DNA from: a virus
Strand: one strand, 5' to 3'
Virus record (IMG/VR): IMGVR_UViG_3300025011_000007
Length of the DNA stretch: 59,080 bases
The notes beneath the pieces were generated by a model that did not search any database, had not been told where the DNA came from, and saw nothing but the letters and a program-made list of their open reading frames with translations. Below, one piece after another: positions 1-8,710 of this stretch (the stretch's first letter is position 1; each line of letters opens with the position of its first letter). The translations under genes and the position numbers were made by a program.

Positions 1-127
1 ATTGAGCATAATAAATTTTTCAAGATTTTCTTTCTGGAAATTTGTTAAAGATGTTCTATTAAGCTTAATCTTGCATAAATGCTCTTTATCTGATTCTGAA
101 AGTTTTGAAACTTCTTCAGAATACAAA
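1..127. repeat. 127-bp terminal sequence identical to 58954..59080. This is an assembly overlap of a circular or terminally redundant genome with unique length 58,953 bp.
   Basis: Bases 1-127 (attgagcataataaatttttcaag...cttcagaatacaaa) recur exactly at 58954-59080. Confidence 0.95.
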
Positions 128-666
128 ACCGTATTTGTTTTGCTCAGATCCATTAAATTTTTAAAAGAAAAATTGTTATTTTGTTTAATTATTTGTTTAG
201 TTTCTTGTTCAGGTACAAAATTTCTGCCTGTATTATACTTTATATCAGTGTTTATACCTGATGCATTTAATGAAGATACTTCATATTTTTGTGCAGATAT
301 TTCATTTTTTAATGAAGATTCTTCATTCTGATTGCAAAAATTTTTGAGATCCAGTAGTTCATAAAATTTCTTAGTAAAATAAATCTTTTTATCTGTTCGC
401 ATAATTAAACCAGAAGAAACAGAAAGTTGTTTTATTCCGTCCTTGATCTGTCTGATTGAATAACCTGTACAAGCAGCAAGTTTTTCTTCACCCGGGAAAG
501 AATAACCTAATTTTGGATTATACATACTGGATAAAGTTAAAAGAATCATTCTCGATACTGGTTTTAAACCAATTTTTGAAAATAAATCTGTTTTAATAAT
601 TGCGTTTGATAACTCATAGCTTTTAACGTTGACTTGCAACGCTTCTGTTGATGCCGTTTTGTGCAT
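1..666 (-). CDS. Putative replication-initiator or regulator with a winged HTH (HTH_36/DnaD-like pattern), 5' part. The ORF runs off the window start and continues at 58759..58953 through the circular junction (286 aa in total).
   Basis: ATG at 666 on the minus strand, open to base 1 and in frame with ORF 58759..59079. It is absent from the ORF track because its stop lies across the junction. The translation MHKTASTEALQV...LKPVSRMILLTLSSMYNPKLGYSFPGEEKLAACTGYSIRQIKDGIKQLSVSSGLI fits the HTH pattern of phage and plasmid initiator-like proteins. Confidence 0.55.
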   Translation of the reverse strand, partial: MHKTASTEALQVNVKSYELSNAIIKTDLFSKIGLKPVSRMILLTLSSMYNPKLGYSFPGEEKLAACTGYSIRQIKDGIKQLSVSSGLIMRTDKKIYFTKKFYELLDLKNFCNQNEESSLKNEISAQKYEVSSLNASGINTDIKYNTGRNFVPEQETKQIIKQNNNFSFKNLMDLSKTNTVLYSEEVSKLSESDKEHLCKIKLNRTSLTNFQKENLEKFIMLN

Positions 667-706
667 TTTCCTTAAATTCCTCCAAAAATATTTGCATACG
701 AAACTC

Positions 707-775
707 TTGCACTTTTCCGGGAAGGCTGTATAATAATAATTGAAAGTTTTTAATGGTACTTTTTCCTTCCCGGAA
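707..775 (+). promoter_or_regulatory. Sigma70-type promoter (TTGCAC-16 nt-TATAAT, 707-734) reading toward 1001..1660. An 11-bp perfect inverted repeat brackets it.
   Basis: TTCCGGGAAGG at 715-725 and CCTTCCCGGAA at 765-775. The site lies in the divergent region between the HTH gene (666<-) and 1001->. Confidence 0.5.
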
Positions 776-1000
776 TCAGTACCTTATTTATTTGTTTAAT
801 AATTATCATGAATTATAACTTGTGGTAAAATTATGTCAATAGTATGTTTTATAACCTGTTCAAAAGTTTTAAACTAAGTTTTGGAAGAGTTGGGGAATGA
901 GTGTAAAAGCTCGCTACAAAAGAGTTTTAACAATTCTTATTAATTTTATTAAAAACTTAATTCCAGAATAAAAAACAAAACGAAAAGAGGAAGTTTCAGA

Positions 1001-1660
1001 ATGAATTTAGTACCAGTTCCACAACTTGAAAAAGAAGGGAAAATTCGCACATCAGCAGAATATTTAAGGCGAATATGCAAAGAAGTTGATGAGTCAGAGC
1101 ATGGAAAACATGGAGTAAAAAAGAGTTCTGTAAGAAAAGAACCAGTTTCGGAAGGTTCTAAAAAAACACATTGGCTTGTAGATATTAATGATCCAGGGAT
1201 TAAAGATCTTTTAATTTCGGAACAAATAAAAGAAGTTTTGGAAGAAGAAATTCATGATGTGGAATTTTTTGAGGAACAAAATGTTAAAGTTCCGCAACAA
1301 AAACAAAACAAAGATGCTTTAATTCTGGAACTAAATGATAGATGTATTAATTTAGCAGGACAAGCAGGGCAAGTTAAGCTCTTAACTGATTCAGAACAAA
1401 GAACAAGGGAAGAGTATTTTAAGTTAGTGCAAGAAAATGCTGTTTTAAAAGCAAAAGAACCAGTTCTGAAATCCTACATAATATCTATAGTTGCATTAGC
1501 AATAATTTCAACTATAAGCGTTCCCGCAGCAATAGTTTTTTATAACAAACCACCTAAAGAAATAATCAAAACTGAAACTATTGAAAAACCAGTTGAAAAG
1601 ATTGTTTACAAAGATAAACAGCCAGTTAATAATAAACCGGCTGTTAAAAAGGATAAATAA
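1001..1660 (+). CDS. Hypothetical coiled-coil protein with a C-terminal transmembrane anchor
   Basis: SD aagagga lies upstream of the ATG. Hydrophobic segment SYIISIVALAIISTISVPAAIVF sits near the C-terminus. No catalytic motif recognised. Confidence 0.6.
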   Translation: MNLVPVPQLEKEGKIRTSAEYLRRICKEVDESEHGKHGVKKSSVRKEPVSEGSKKTHWLVDINDPGIKDLLISEQIKEVLEEEIHDVEFFEEQNVKVPQQKQNKDALILELNDRCINLAGQAGQVKLLTDSEQRTREEYFKLVQENAVLKAKEPVLKSYIISIVALAIISTISVPAAIVFYNKPPKEIIKTETIEKPVEKIVYKDKQPVNNKPAVKKDK

Positions 1661-1669
1661 TAAAAAATT

Positions 1670-2149
1670 TTAAACTTTTTCTTTTTTCTTAACTTTTTCC
1701 TCTTTTTCTTTAAACTCTTTTTCTCTTAAAGCAGCATGAAATAGTTCTAATAGCCTACGTTCGTTAAAATCTATAATGTCAGCTCTTTTTATAGGTTTAT
1801 TTAAATTATTTGTTTCTCTATCCAATTTCTCTTTAAGAGCTTCAATCACAACACTATTCATGTTTGTTTCGTGATCTTGAACATAAATAAAAGCAGCTCT
1901 ATGTAGTTCTTCAGGGATTCTTACATTGAAACCACCCTTAAAGGACTTTTCTGGTTCGACCCCTTTTATTCTGCAATATTCAAGATGTTCGTCTACAGCT
2001 TCATGAAAATCCTGCTTTAATTCTTGGATGGTTTGCCCTTCGTAAGAAAGCAAGCCTCTTATGCCCTGTACTTTACCAAAAAGGCAATCGTCTTCTTCAC
2101 TATATTCTACTGATCCTAGATAACCCTTGTATTCCATTAAATTTTTCAT
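1670..2149 (-). CDS. hicB: HicB-family antitoxin (N-terminal HicB fold plus RHH-like DNA-binding part)
   Basis: YKGYLGSVEYSEEDDCLFGKVQGIRGLLSYEGQTIQELKQDFHEAVDEHLEYC...GGFNVRIPEELHRAAFIYV matches the HicB pattern. A 4-nt overlap with upstream hicA. Confidence 0.8.
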   Translation of the reverse strand: MKNLMEYKGYLGSVEYSEEDDCLFGKVQGIRGLLSYEGQTIQELKQDFHEAVDEHLEYCRIKGVEPEKSFKGGFNVRIPEELHRAAFIYVQDHETNMNSVVIEALKEKLDRETNNLNKPIKRADIIDFNERRLLELFHAALREKEFKEKEEKVKKKEKV

Positions 2150-2400
2150 AGTAGGTTTTCTCCTTCTAATATTTCAATGACCTGTTTGATGTAGCAAGGT
2201 TTAACTATACCCGGATTGTGTGGCTCGTGTAATGTTATTGGAACTCCGTTTTTATTTATAAACCTTCTTCTTGAGCCTCCTGTTATGCCTGTTTTTTCTG
2301 ATTCAAATCCAAAGATAGATAAAAATACAACTAATTCATCCCAAGTTAAATCTTTTGGAATACTTAAAAACCTTTTTATTAGCTTATCTCGCTTAGTCAT
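2146..2400 (-). CDS. hicA: HicA-family mRNA interferase toxin
   Basis: 84 aa with FGFESEKTGITGGSRRRF...ITLHEPHNPGIVKPCYIKQVIEIL (HicA/YcfA pattern). The toxin-first hicAB order is typical. Confidence 0.8.
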   Translation of the reverse strand: MTKRDKLIKRFLSIPKDLTWDELVVFLSIFGFESEKTGITGGSRRRFINKNGVPITLHEPHNPGIVKPCYIKQVIEILEGENLL

Positions 2401-2414
2401 TTATTAAACCTTTG

Positions 2415-2472
2415 TAACTAACTTTAGTTATATCTTACCATATTATTATATAAATCGCAACTATTTTTAGTT
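2415..2472 (-). promoter_or_regulatory. hicAB promoter region with two palindromic operator-like sites
   Basis: On the minus strand, TTGCGA-17 nt-TAAGAT. Palindromes TAACTAA-ct-TTAGTTA (2415-2430) and AACTA-ttttt-TAGTT (2459-2472) flank it. Confidence 0.45.
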
Positions 2473-2525
2473 ATATTTTTAAGAAATTTTTAAAATACGG
2501 CTTTGTAGAGTGGCTGAAATTGATT

Positions 2526-2711
2526 TTATTTTATGTCCATTAGGTAGGCATCTGTTTTGCAAACCGGACAAGCATCCATAAAATCGTTGGTTTTTTTGTC
2601 AATCATTTTCTCCAAATCGTCCTCATTGTATGCGTTATAACAGTTATTACATCTAATGCTGTATGAAGACATATCCATTTCTTTCAGTGCTTCTTTACGT
2701 AAATCTATCAA
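2526..2711 (-). CDS. Small zinc-ribbon protein
   Basis: 61 aa with CNNC...CPVC pairs. Overlaps the upstream gene by 4 nt. Confidence 0.55.
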   Translation of the reverse strand: MIDLRKEALKEMDMSSYSIRCNNCYNAYNEDDLEKMIDKKTNDFMDACPVCKTDAYLMDIK

Positions 2712-3034
2712 AATACTTCTCCTTTTCGCTTAAGTAACTCTTTTCTGCTTTGCAAAGATTTTAATTCTATTGCTAAATATTTCTTATTCTTTTGATTCAG
2801 GGATTCTCTGTAATAGTCAGCATTAACAAACAATTCAGTTTCTTCTGCCAAGTCAAAACAAGCCTGAATTAAAACATTTTTTGGTAATTCCATGTATTCT
2901 TGGCATATTTCACAACCCCCTGAAAAACCGCCATTTTTATTCATAAAATTTCTTCCTTCTTTGTTTTCTGCTTCAACTTCGAATTCATACGAAATAGTGC
3001 TTTCAATTTCAACTTTAAATTTTTTATTTTTCAT
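2708..3034 (-). CDS. Hypothetical protein
   Basis: 108-aa ORF, translationally coupled to 2526..2711. No family recognised. Confidence 0.55.
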   Translation of the reverse strand: MKNKKFKVEIESTISYEFEVEAENKEGRNFMNKNGGFSGGCEICQEYMELPKNVLIQACFDLAEETELFVNADYYRESLNQKNKKYLAIELKSLQSRKELLKRKGEVF

Positions 3035-3176
3035 GTTTATAACCTTTCGTTTGAGATAATTTACAACCTTATTTACGAGCTTTTTAATATTTTATATAGT
3101 TTGATGTGTTTCTGTCCTTAAAATTTGATTTCAGCCTTTGTGTCCATTCTGGAATTGATTTATTTTCTTTAGTTAT

Positions 3177-3767
3177 TTAATTCTTTATCCAGTTTTTTAA
3201 ATGTTGTTCCATAGCAATTTCATTTAATTTTTTAATTTCTTTATCCTGATGCTGATTTTCTATTTTTGTAATTTCCTTGATCTCTAATTCATTGAACCAT
3301 TCATAAACTTTATAATCGGGAAGCCTTTCCTTAGCTTCTTTTTTTGTTTTGAAAGATTCGTTTATTCTATTTCCTCTCGCAATTACATAAAACGGTTCTA
3401 CGAGTTCAAGGGAATATTCCTCTTTTAAGGTGCAATCAGCTTCATACTTCCAACCCTCATATTTAGATGCGGTCATAACGTGGTTAAAATCCTTGTCATT
3501 ATAGTATTGACAGTAATATCGATTGTTCTCAACACATTTGAAAATATGTAAGCTGTTGTATTCAGTTAGAAATTTAACCGAAATTTTATTCATCTTAGAA
3601 ATTTTAAAAAATTCTGTATCTACTTCACCGATTGCCTTAAAAGCAACTTTGCATTTTTCAAAATGAGAATATTCGAAATTTGCGTTGCAAATAATTTTTA
3701 TCGCTTGCTCTTCGGTTATTTTTCTTGACTCATTAGTTTCTTTGTCTGTATATAAATAACTTTTCAA
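3177..3767 (-). CDS. Hypothetical protein
   Basis: 196-aa ORF with SD aaggaga upstream. No family recognised. Confidence 0.6.
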   Translation of the reverse strand: MKSYLYTDKETNESRKITEEQAIKIICNANFEYSHFEKCKVAFKAIGEVDTEFFKISKMNKISVKFLTEYNSLHIFKCVENNRYYCQYYNDKDFNHVMTASKYEGWKYEADCTLKEEYSLELVEPFYVIARGNRINESFKTKKEAKERLPDYKVYEWFNELEIKEITKIENQHQDKEIKKLNEIAMEQHLKNWIKN

Positions 3768-3823
3768 AAATATTCTCCTTCTCTGCTTTCAAAGCTCAAC
3801 TACAAGCTTTGAAGTCAAAGAAG

Positions 3824-4228
3824 CTAAGAAGCTTCTTTTTCGACTAATTTATGACCTTGATGTTTTATATTTGTAAGCCATTGATTAAGAAATGAATTTA
3901 ATTCTTTTTTGAGTTTTGGATAAACTTTGCCCGGCTCTGGATAAACAACTTGATAAACACCCATATAATCGTTTTGAAAAGTAAGCGCTTCAATCATTTT
4001 CATTTCTCTATGAATCCTTATTTCCATATCGGGATCAGCCATACAATCACCGTTTTGTTTCCCATAATGAGATAAAGCAAGTTTGCAATCACCGATTTTT
4101 TCGATGTTCAGATCCATATAACCTTCAGCTTTTAACTTGTAAGAAGTTACCGGGCCGGAAAGAAAATTTTCAATTCCCCCAGGAATGATTTTGTCTAATT
4201 TTTTATAATTTGATTCGTAAATGCTCAT
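3824..4228 (-). CDS. Conserved-looking hypothetical protein (motif SHYGKQNGDCMADPDMEIRI)
   Basis: 134-aa ORF. The motif resembles small proteins seen on mobile elements, but the family name is uncertain. Confidence 0.55.
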   Translation of the reverse strand: MSIYESNYKKLDKIIPGGIENFLSGPVTSYKLKAEGYMDLNIEKIGDCKLALSHYGKQNGDCMADPDMEIRIHREMKMIEALTFQNDYMGVYQVVYPEPGKVYPKLKKELNSFLNQWLTNIKHQGHKLVEKEAS

Positions 4229-4251
4229 ATAAGTTCCTTTCTTGTTATTAA

Positions 4252-4461
4252 TTAACCTTTTAATTCCTGATAAACTTTTTCACAAAGTTGTTTTCTTATA
4301 ATTTGGCTTCTGCGTGTATTACCTTCTCTTATTTCTGTTAAAAAAGATTGTTCTTGGTTGTAAGCCATTGTAACTGCTACTTCAAAATCAAAACCTTGTT
4401 TTAATAACTCAGGAACTCTACTTAAAAAAGAGTTTTTTATAAGTTTTTTTATATCTTTCAT
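4252..4461 (-). CDS. Hypothetical protein, first gene of the post-lysis accessory operon
   Basis: 69-aa ORF. TTGACA-16 nt-TAAGAT-like promoter on the minus strand around 4520-4550. Confidence 0.5.
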   Translation of the reverse strand: MKDIKKLIKNSFLSRVPELLKQGFDFEVAVTMAYNQEQSFLTEIREGNTRRSQIIRKQLCEKVYQELKG

Positions 4462-4623
4462 TTTGTCTTAAACCTTTACTATTACTAACTTTATGGTGTT
4501 TGTTTGTTTTAATAATCTTATCTTAACTTATTACTAGCGTTTGTCAAGGGTTAAACCCAATAATATTGCAGAAAGTTCATAATTAAGGATGTTCAAAACT
4601 AATATATATCTATAATGTAAGCA

Positions 4624-4657
4624 ATAAAAAACCCCTAATAATTTAATACTAGGGGTT
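4624..4657 (-). terminator. Rho-independent terminator ending the late (lysis) operon
   Basis: Stem acccct (4631-4636) / aggggt (4651-4656), followed on the minus strand by a U-run (A-run 4625-4630 on plus). Confidence 0.65.
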
Positions 4658-4684
4658 GTGAAGAGTTAGAAAGGAGGTTCATTT

Positions 4685-5128
4685 TTACCAGTTTTGAAAT
4701 CTTTGGTAATTATCTACTGCTACGAACATTAAATTAGCTTTTAGTTTCGATACTCCGCAAGATAAAAGCAATTCCTTTAATACAAGACTCGATAAATACC
4801 TGTTATTGTCGATAAGTTTTTTATTATTACAAAGCAAATCATGAACCATTGAGGCTAAAAGAAAATGATTGTCTTCTTTTGAGCCTATAAGCATCCAGAA
4901 AAGCGAGGGAATCGAAGTGCCATCCCATTTAAATCCTGCCTCAAAATTGAGAGTATAAAGCCTTTTTTTGTAATAAACATTAATCCTGACTTTATTATCA
5001 AGTTTAAAAGGAAAATCCTCTTTATCCGTTTTAAGTGCTGGAGGGTCTTCCGGCATTATCATCCTTGCTCGTGTTTTTGGAGTGTCAGAGCAATAAATCT
5101 GCAAATCTTTTGTATTAACTAAAAACAT
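4685..5128 (-). CDS. DUF1353-like protein adjacent to the endolysin
   Basis: GFKWDGTSIPSLFW...ASMVHDLLC matches the DUF1353 'F.tDG.SiP....HD' pattern. Confidence 0.6.
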   Translation of the reverse strand: MFLVNTKDLQIYCSDTPKTRARMIMPEDPPALKTDKEDFPFKLDNKVRINVYYKKRLYTLNFEAGFKWDGTSIPSLFWMLIGSKEDNHFLLASMVHDLLCNNKKLIDNNRYLSSLVLKELLLSCGVSKLKANLMFVAVDNYQRFQNW

Positions 5129-5129
5129 C

Positions 5130-5561
5130 TTATGCCGCCTTTAATTTTTCTAACGGAAAATATTTGCCCGGACACGCAGTTGCGAATTTTTCTCTATGTC
5201 CTACTGTTTTAGTATTTTTAAATCCTTCTCTGATCAGCTTTATAAGTTTTTTACCTGCTTCGAATTGGACCAAAGGCATTATCATCTCTCTGTCATAATT
5301 ACCCTCAAAACAAATCCCGATACTTATAGAGTTGAAATCAGGACAATGAGCGCCGATCATATTTATAGGTCTGCCTCTATAAATAGAACCGTCTTTTTTG
5401 ACATAAAAATGGTATCCACAGCCAGCCCATTTTCGGTTTAAGTGTTCTTGATGAATCGAATTAATATCACCATCGCCAGCTCTATGATGTAAAATTATAT
5501 ATTCAGTTTTTTTTCTTGGGGTTAAGGCTTTGAATTTTAGTTTTATATCAATAATATTCAT
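5130..5561 (-). CDS. N-acetylmuramoyl-L-alanine amidase endolysin (Amidase_2/PGRP type)
   Basis: ILHHRAGDG...GCGYHFYVKKDGSIYRGRP...GAHC...SIGICFEGNY...GHRE...CPGKYFP are typical Amidase_2 motifs. Confidence 0.85.
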   Translation of the reverse strand: MNIIDIKLKFKALTPRKKTEYIILHHRAGDGDINSIHQEHLNRKWAGCGYHFYVKKDGSIYRGRPINMIGAHCPDFNSISIGICFEGNYDREMIMPLVQFEAGKKLIKLIREGFKNTKTVGHREKFATACPGKYFPLEKLKAA

Positions 5562-5574
5562 TTTTAACCACCTT

Positions 5575-5808
5575 TTATTTATTTGAGGCTTTAGCTTTTA
5601 GCCAAATAATATCACCAGTATTTTGAACGATCTGCTTACCCTGTTCTATAAGACCATATTTATTTTCTTTAATATCGTCTTTCATATAGGCAAGATCATT
5701 TCTAATGACTGTTACGCTTATAATCGCTGTACACAATCCACATATTGCACCCGAAACAATAATTGAAATTATTTGTTTATAGATTTCATTCATAATTAAA
5801 GCCCCCAT
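5575..5808 (-). CDS. Putative holin (single-TM small protein upstream of the endolysin). The start may be the internal ATG at 5793.
   Basis: Hydrophobic IISIIVSGAICGLCTAIISVTVI, then a charged tail. Assigned by its position in the lysis cassette. Confidence 0.5.
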   Translation of the reverse strand: MGALIMNEIYKQIISIIVSGAICGLCTAIISVTVIRNDLAYMKDDIKENKYGLIEQGKQIVQNTGDIIWLKAKASNK

Positions 5809-5846
5809 TCGGAGGCTGATTGTATTTTATTCAACTTCAAACCCTC

Positions 5847-7442
5847 TTATAAACTAATATTGGCTTTTATTGCATCAGCGATGCCATCAGCCTGCAATTC
5901 TATAATATAGGGAGAGGCATGCACCCCATCTCCAGTAGCCCAATTAGCCGTGCCGTTTACTTTCCATTTTCCTGAATTTATCGAACTTTCTGAAACAAGT
6001 CTGTTGTCAACAACAAAATCATAATCAGCATAAGTCCCTGCTATTAACTCGTTATTTCTTTGTGCAACAACAGCTGCATAAGCAATAGGTGTTTGGTTTT
6101 CTAACGTTGCAAAGCTATCTGTCGAAGTAGACCCAGGTTCGGTTGTTGATGTAAATACATATTTAACCCCGCAACCTCTTATTTGTGCTATAAATTGCTG
6201 TTCTCTTGTTTTAACTGTTGCATATGGAGATGCCGTACCTATATCATTATAGTTCAGGTTTAAGTAAACTGCTGTCGGTTTAATTATAGACAGTAGTTCA
6301 AACAAATGCTGCCCTCCATATCTGTTGCTAGTAATACCATTATTAAAATAATGGTCTAAAGCAACTCCACCTCTGGAAAAGTTAGCCCAAGGATAGATGC
6401 ATTTGTCCATACTTTCAGACAATGCTCTTTCAAATGGACCGCAAGCACCGTCATCAGAAACCTTATCACAACCTGAAATTGAATCAATACCACTGGCGTT
6501 ACCGATTGTTCTGCTGTCACCTATAGCTACAATTGAAGGCATTTTAATTTTTGGTATACCCATTATTGCCGCTGGTTGTAAAATATAAAACGCAGTTCCT
6601 GCGGTTATAGTAGTCTGATAGCTTTCATCATACCACGAGTTACCGTTATATGCTTCTTCTATTGTGGTGGTTGCACCGTAAGTAGTACCTATTGGACGTC
6701 TACCTGTATAGACATTTGCTCCCCAGCCAAAACAAGCGCGTAGTCCAATTGCTCCACCAACAGGAATATCGCAAGGCATCAAATCAGACTCATATATTCC
6801 GCCTGAAGGGACTAAAACACTCCAATTTATAGTTCCATCTGGTCTTATCCCATTTCTCACAACTTGAATAGCTTTTTGCCCAGTAAATGCTTGGTTGTTC
6901 CATTCTGGGTCAACCCCAACGTGTCCGCCATATGCATAAGCTTTCCAATCAAATGTGAAAATTGCACCAGATCCAGAGCCAGTTGTAGACGCCTGAGAAA
7001 CTCCACTACCGAGAGGAACATTATAAATCCCTCCTGCTATAACTTGTCCTAGTGTTGGAACTCCTGCATTTACTGCTGTTATCATTACTTTAACTGGCTC
7101 TAGTGCGGTTGTAGTCGTTGTTGCAAAAGTTAAAATTTCACCAGCTGCATACCCAACACCTCCGGAAAAAGTAACATTAGATGCAGAAAAAATACTGGGC
7201 GTTATAGGTTTACACCCTGGTACTCCATTCAATATTCTCATACCTGAGTATATTAATTTTATCGCTGTTGCCCCACAAGGTATTAGATGTTTAGAGTGAT
7301 TATTTAGCTGTGTATTTGCACCAAAAGCACTTCCAAATCCACTTAAACCACATCTTTGACCGACCAATTGGAGTTGAGGAGTATAATCATCCTCTCTGAG
7401 TAAACCGCCTGTTTTTTTATTTAAAATATCAACTTTATTCAT
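5847..7442 (-). CDS. Tail fibre/spike protein with a C-terminal SGNH (GDSL) esterase domain
   Basis: SGNH blocks: IVAIGDSRT (I), FSRGG (II), NLNYNDIG (III), GDGVHASP (V). Confidence 0.7.
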   Translation of the reverse strand: MNKVDILNKKTGGLLREDDYTPQLQLVGQRCGLSGFGSAFGANTQLNNHSKHLIPCGATAIKLIYSGMRILNGVPGCKPITPSIFSASNVTFSGGVGYAAGEILTFATTTTTALEPVKVMITAVNAGVPTLGQVIAGGIYNVPLGSGVSQASTTGSGSGAIFTFDWKAYAYGGHVGVDPEWNNQAFTGQKAIQVVRNGIRPDGTINWSVLVPSGGIYESDLMPCDIPVGGAIGLRACFGWGANVYTGRRPIGTTYGATTTIEEAYNGNSWYDESYQTTITAGTAFYILQPAAIMGIPKIKMPSIVAIGDSRTIGNASGIDSISGCDKVSDDGACGPFERALSESMDKCIYPWANFSRGGVALDHYFNNGITSNRYGGQHLFELLSIIKPTAVYLNLNYNDIGTASPYATVKTREQQFIAQIRGCGVKYVFTSTTEPGSTSTDSFATLENQTPIAYAAVVAQRNNELIAGTYADYDFVVDNRLVSESSINSGKWKVNGTANWATGDGVHASPYIIELQADGIADAIKANISL

Positions 7443-7459
7443 TTTATCAATTCCTTATA

Positions 7460-7843
7460 TTATGAGTATGTTACGGTTGTTGCTCTATCATCCCATTTAT
7501 AGGCATAGGTATTATTACCGCCAGAGTTAGTGATTGTGATATTTCCGCTAACATCTGTTACTATTTTTTGAATCCTCCAAGATACAGCACTTGTAACCGT
7601 TCCTGCTATAGCATAACCAATATAAGTGGCATTAGCAGTAGTAGTTTTGTCAGTAAGCATAATGTCTGTTTTGTCTCTTGCTAAAACCACGAGAGAGCTT
7701 AAAATAGCCCCTATATCTACAACAAGCTTTTTTACATATGAAAACAAGCTGTCTGTCGTGTTCGGTGTTCCGTTGTTGGCGGTGTCTGATGATGTGCCAA
7801 AACTTTTAATAATTACTGGCTGTGCTAAATCGAATTGATCCAT
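7460..7843 (-). CDS. Hypothetical tail-fibre-region protein
   Basis: 127-aa Thr/Ser/Asn-rich ORF between two fibre genes. Confidence 0.5.
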   Translation of the reverse strand: MDQFDLAQPVIIKSFGTSSDTANNGTPNTTDSLFSYVKKLVVDIGAILSSLVVLARDKTDIMLTDKTTTANATYIGYAIAGTVTSAVSWRIQKIVTDVSGNITITNSGGNNTYAYKWDDRATTVTYS

Positions 7844-7898
7844 TTATATTTCTCCTTCTGGTTTTATCGGATATACTACGTTATTTATATCAATACTT

Positions 7899-8393
7899 TT
7901 ACAAATCTGAATAATCTATAATAATTGCTTCAATTTCTTCCTGCGATGTAGCGAAATCGATAGCATTTTTTATAATTCTTACTTTGGCATCAAAAGCCAT
8001 ATATTTTTGCAAAACTTCGCCATAAAGTGATTTAAAAGTCGCATTATCTAAATTTTGGATAGGCAAACCGTCATAAGTATAAAAATTACCAGAATAATCA
8101 GGAAAATCAGCGGCGATTAATCCTGTCATGGCAGTTGCTAAACTACCTGCAATCGTATTAAGCCCCAATTTCCCGATAGAAGTTATAAAGTATTTCTTTT
8201 CGTTGATAGCAGTGTCATTTTCAGCAAGTTTTTTGAATTTTAAAATATCAACATCCATATATTTTTCAATAACGGGAAGTTGTACCCAATCAGAATTAAG
8301 CTTTTTAAGATATTTATTAGCTTGTAATTCTGTCAAAACTTCAATGTTTAATTCTTCATTGGTTTTTTTATTTAAAAATCTTAATTTCATCAT
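7899..8393 (-). CDS. Hypothetical protein, possibly a fibre assembly or accessory protein
   Basis: 164-aa ORF in the tail-fibre region. Family not recognised with confidence. Confidence 0.45.
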   Translation of the reverse strand: MMKLRFLNKKTNEELNIEVLTELQANKYLKKLNSDWVQLPVIEKYMDVDILKFKKLAENDTAINEKKYFITSIGKLGLNTIAGSLATAMTGLIAADFPDYSGNFYTYDGLPIQNLDNATFKSLYGEVLQKYMAFDAKVRIIKNAIDFATSQEEIEAIIIDYSDL

Positions 8394-8461
8394 TGTTTAA
8401 AAACCCTTATATTAGGTTGTTTTATGGTATAATTAAATAAATTTAATTAGGAGATATTTTT

Positions 8462-8692
8462 ATGAACAAATTCTTAGAAAATATTAGCAAAATTGAATCC
8501 ATTACAAATGGAAATATAATGTATCAACCTACGATGATTTTAGAAAATGGACAAGAAGCAACTTTAGGCAAACCTTGTAGCAATAAAATAGACGCTCAAC
8601 AAACTTTAGATAAAGTAAAAGAGCAAGCAGAAAAACAGAATCCTGACCGATTTCCTAATCTTGCTTTCTATATTGCAGAAAATAAGCAATAA
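8462..8692 (+). CDS. Counter-oriented small hypothetical protein (moron-like insert 1)
   Basis: 76 aa. Own TG-extended -10 (tggtataat, 8425-8433) and SD aggaga. Opposite strand to the late operon. Confidence 0.5.
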   Translation: MNKFLENISKIESITNGNIMYQPTMILENGQEATLGKPCSNKIDAQQTLDKVKEQAEKQNPDRFPNLAFYIAENKQ

Positions 8693-8710
8693 AATAGACA
8701 CCACGGTTTT

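Noticed and set aside
2-331. Plus-strand ORF of 109 aa at the window start
   Set aside because: It lies antisense to the junction-spanning minus-strand gene (666..1). That gene has a proper ATG, an HTH motif and in-frame continuity with 58759..59079. The plus ORF is low-complexity and has no SD.
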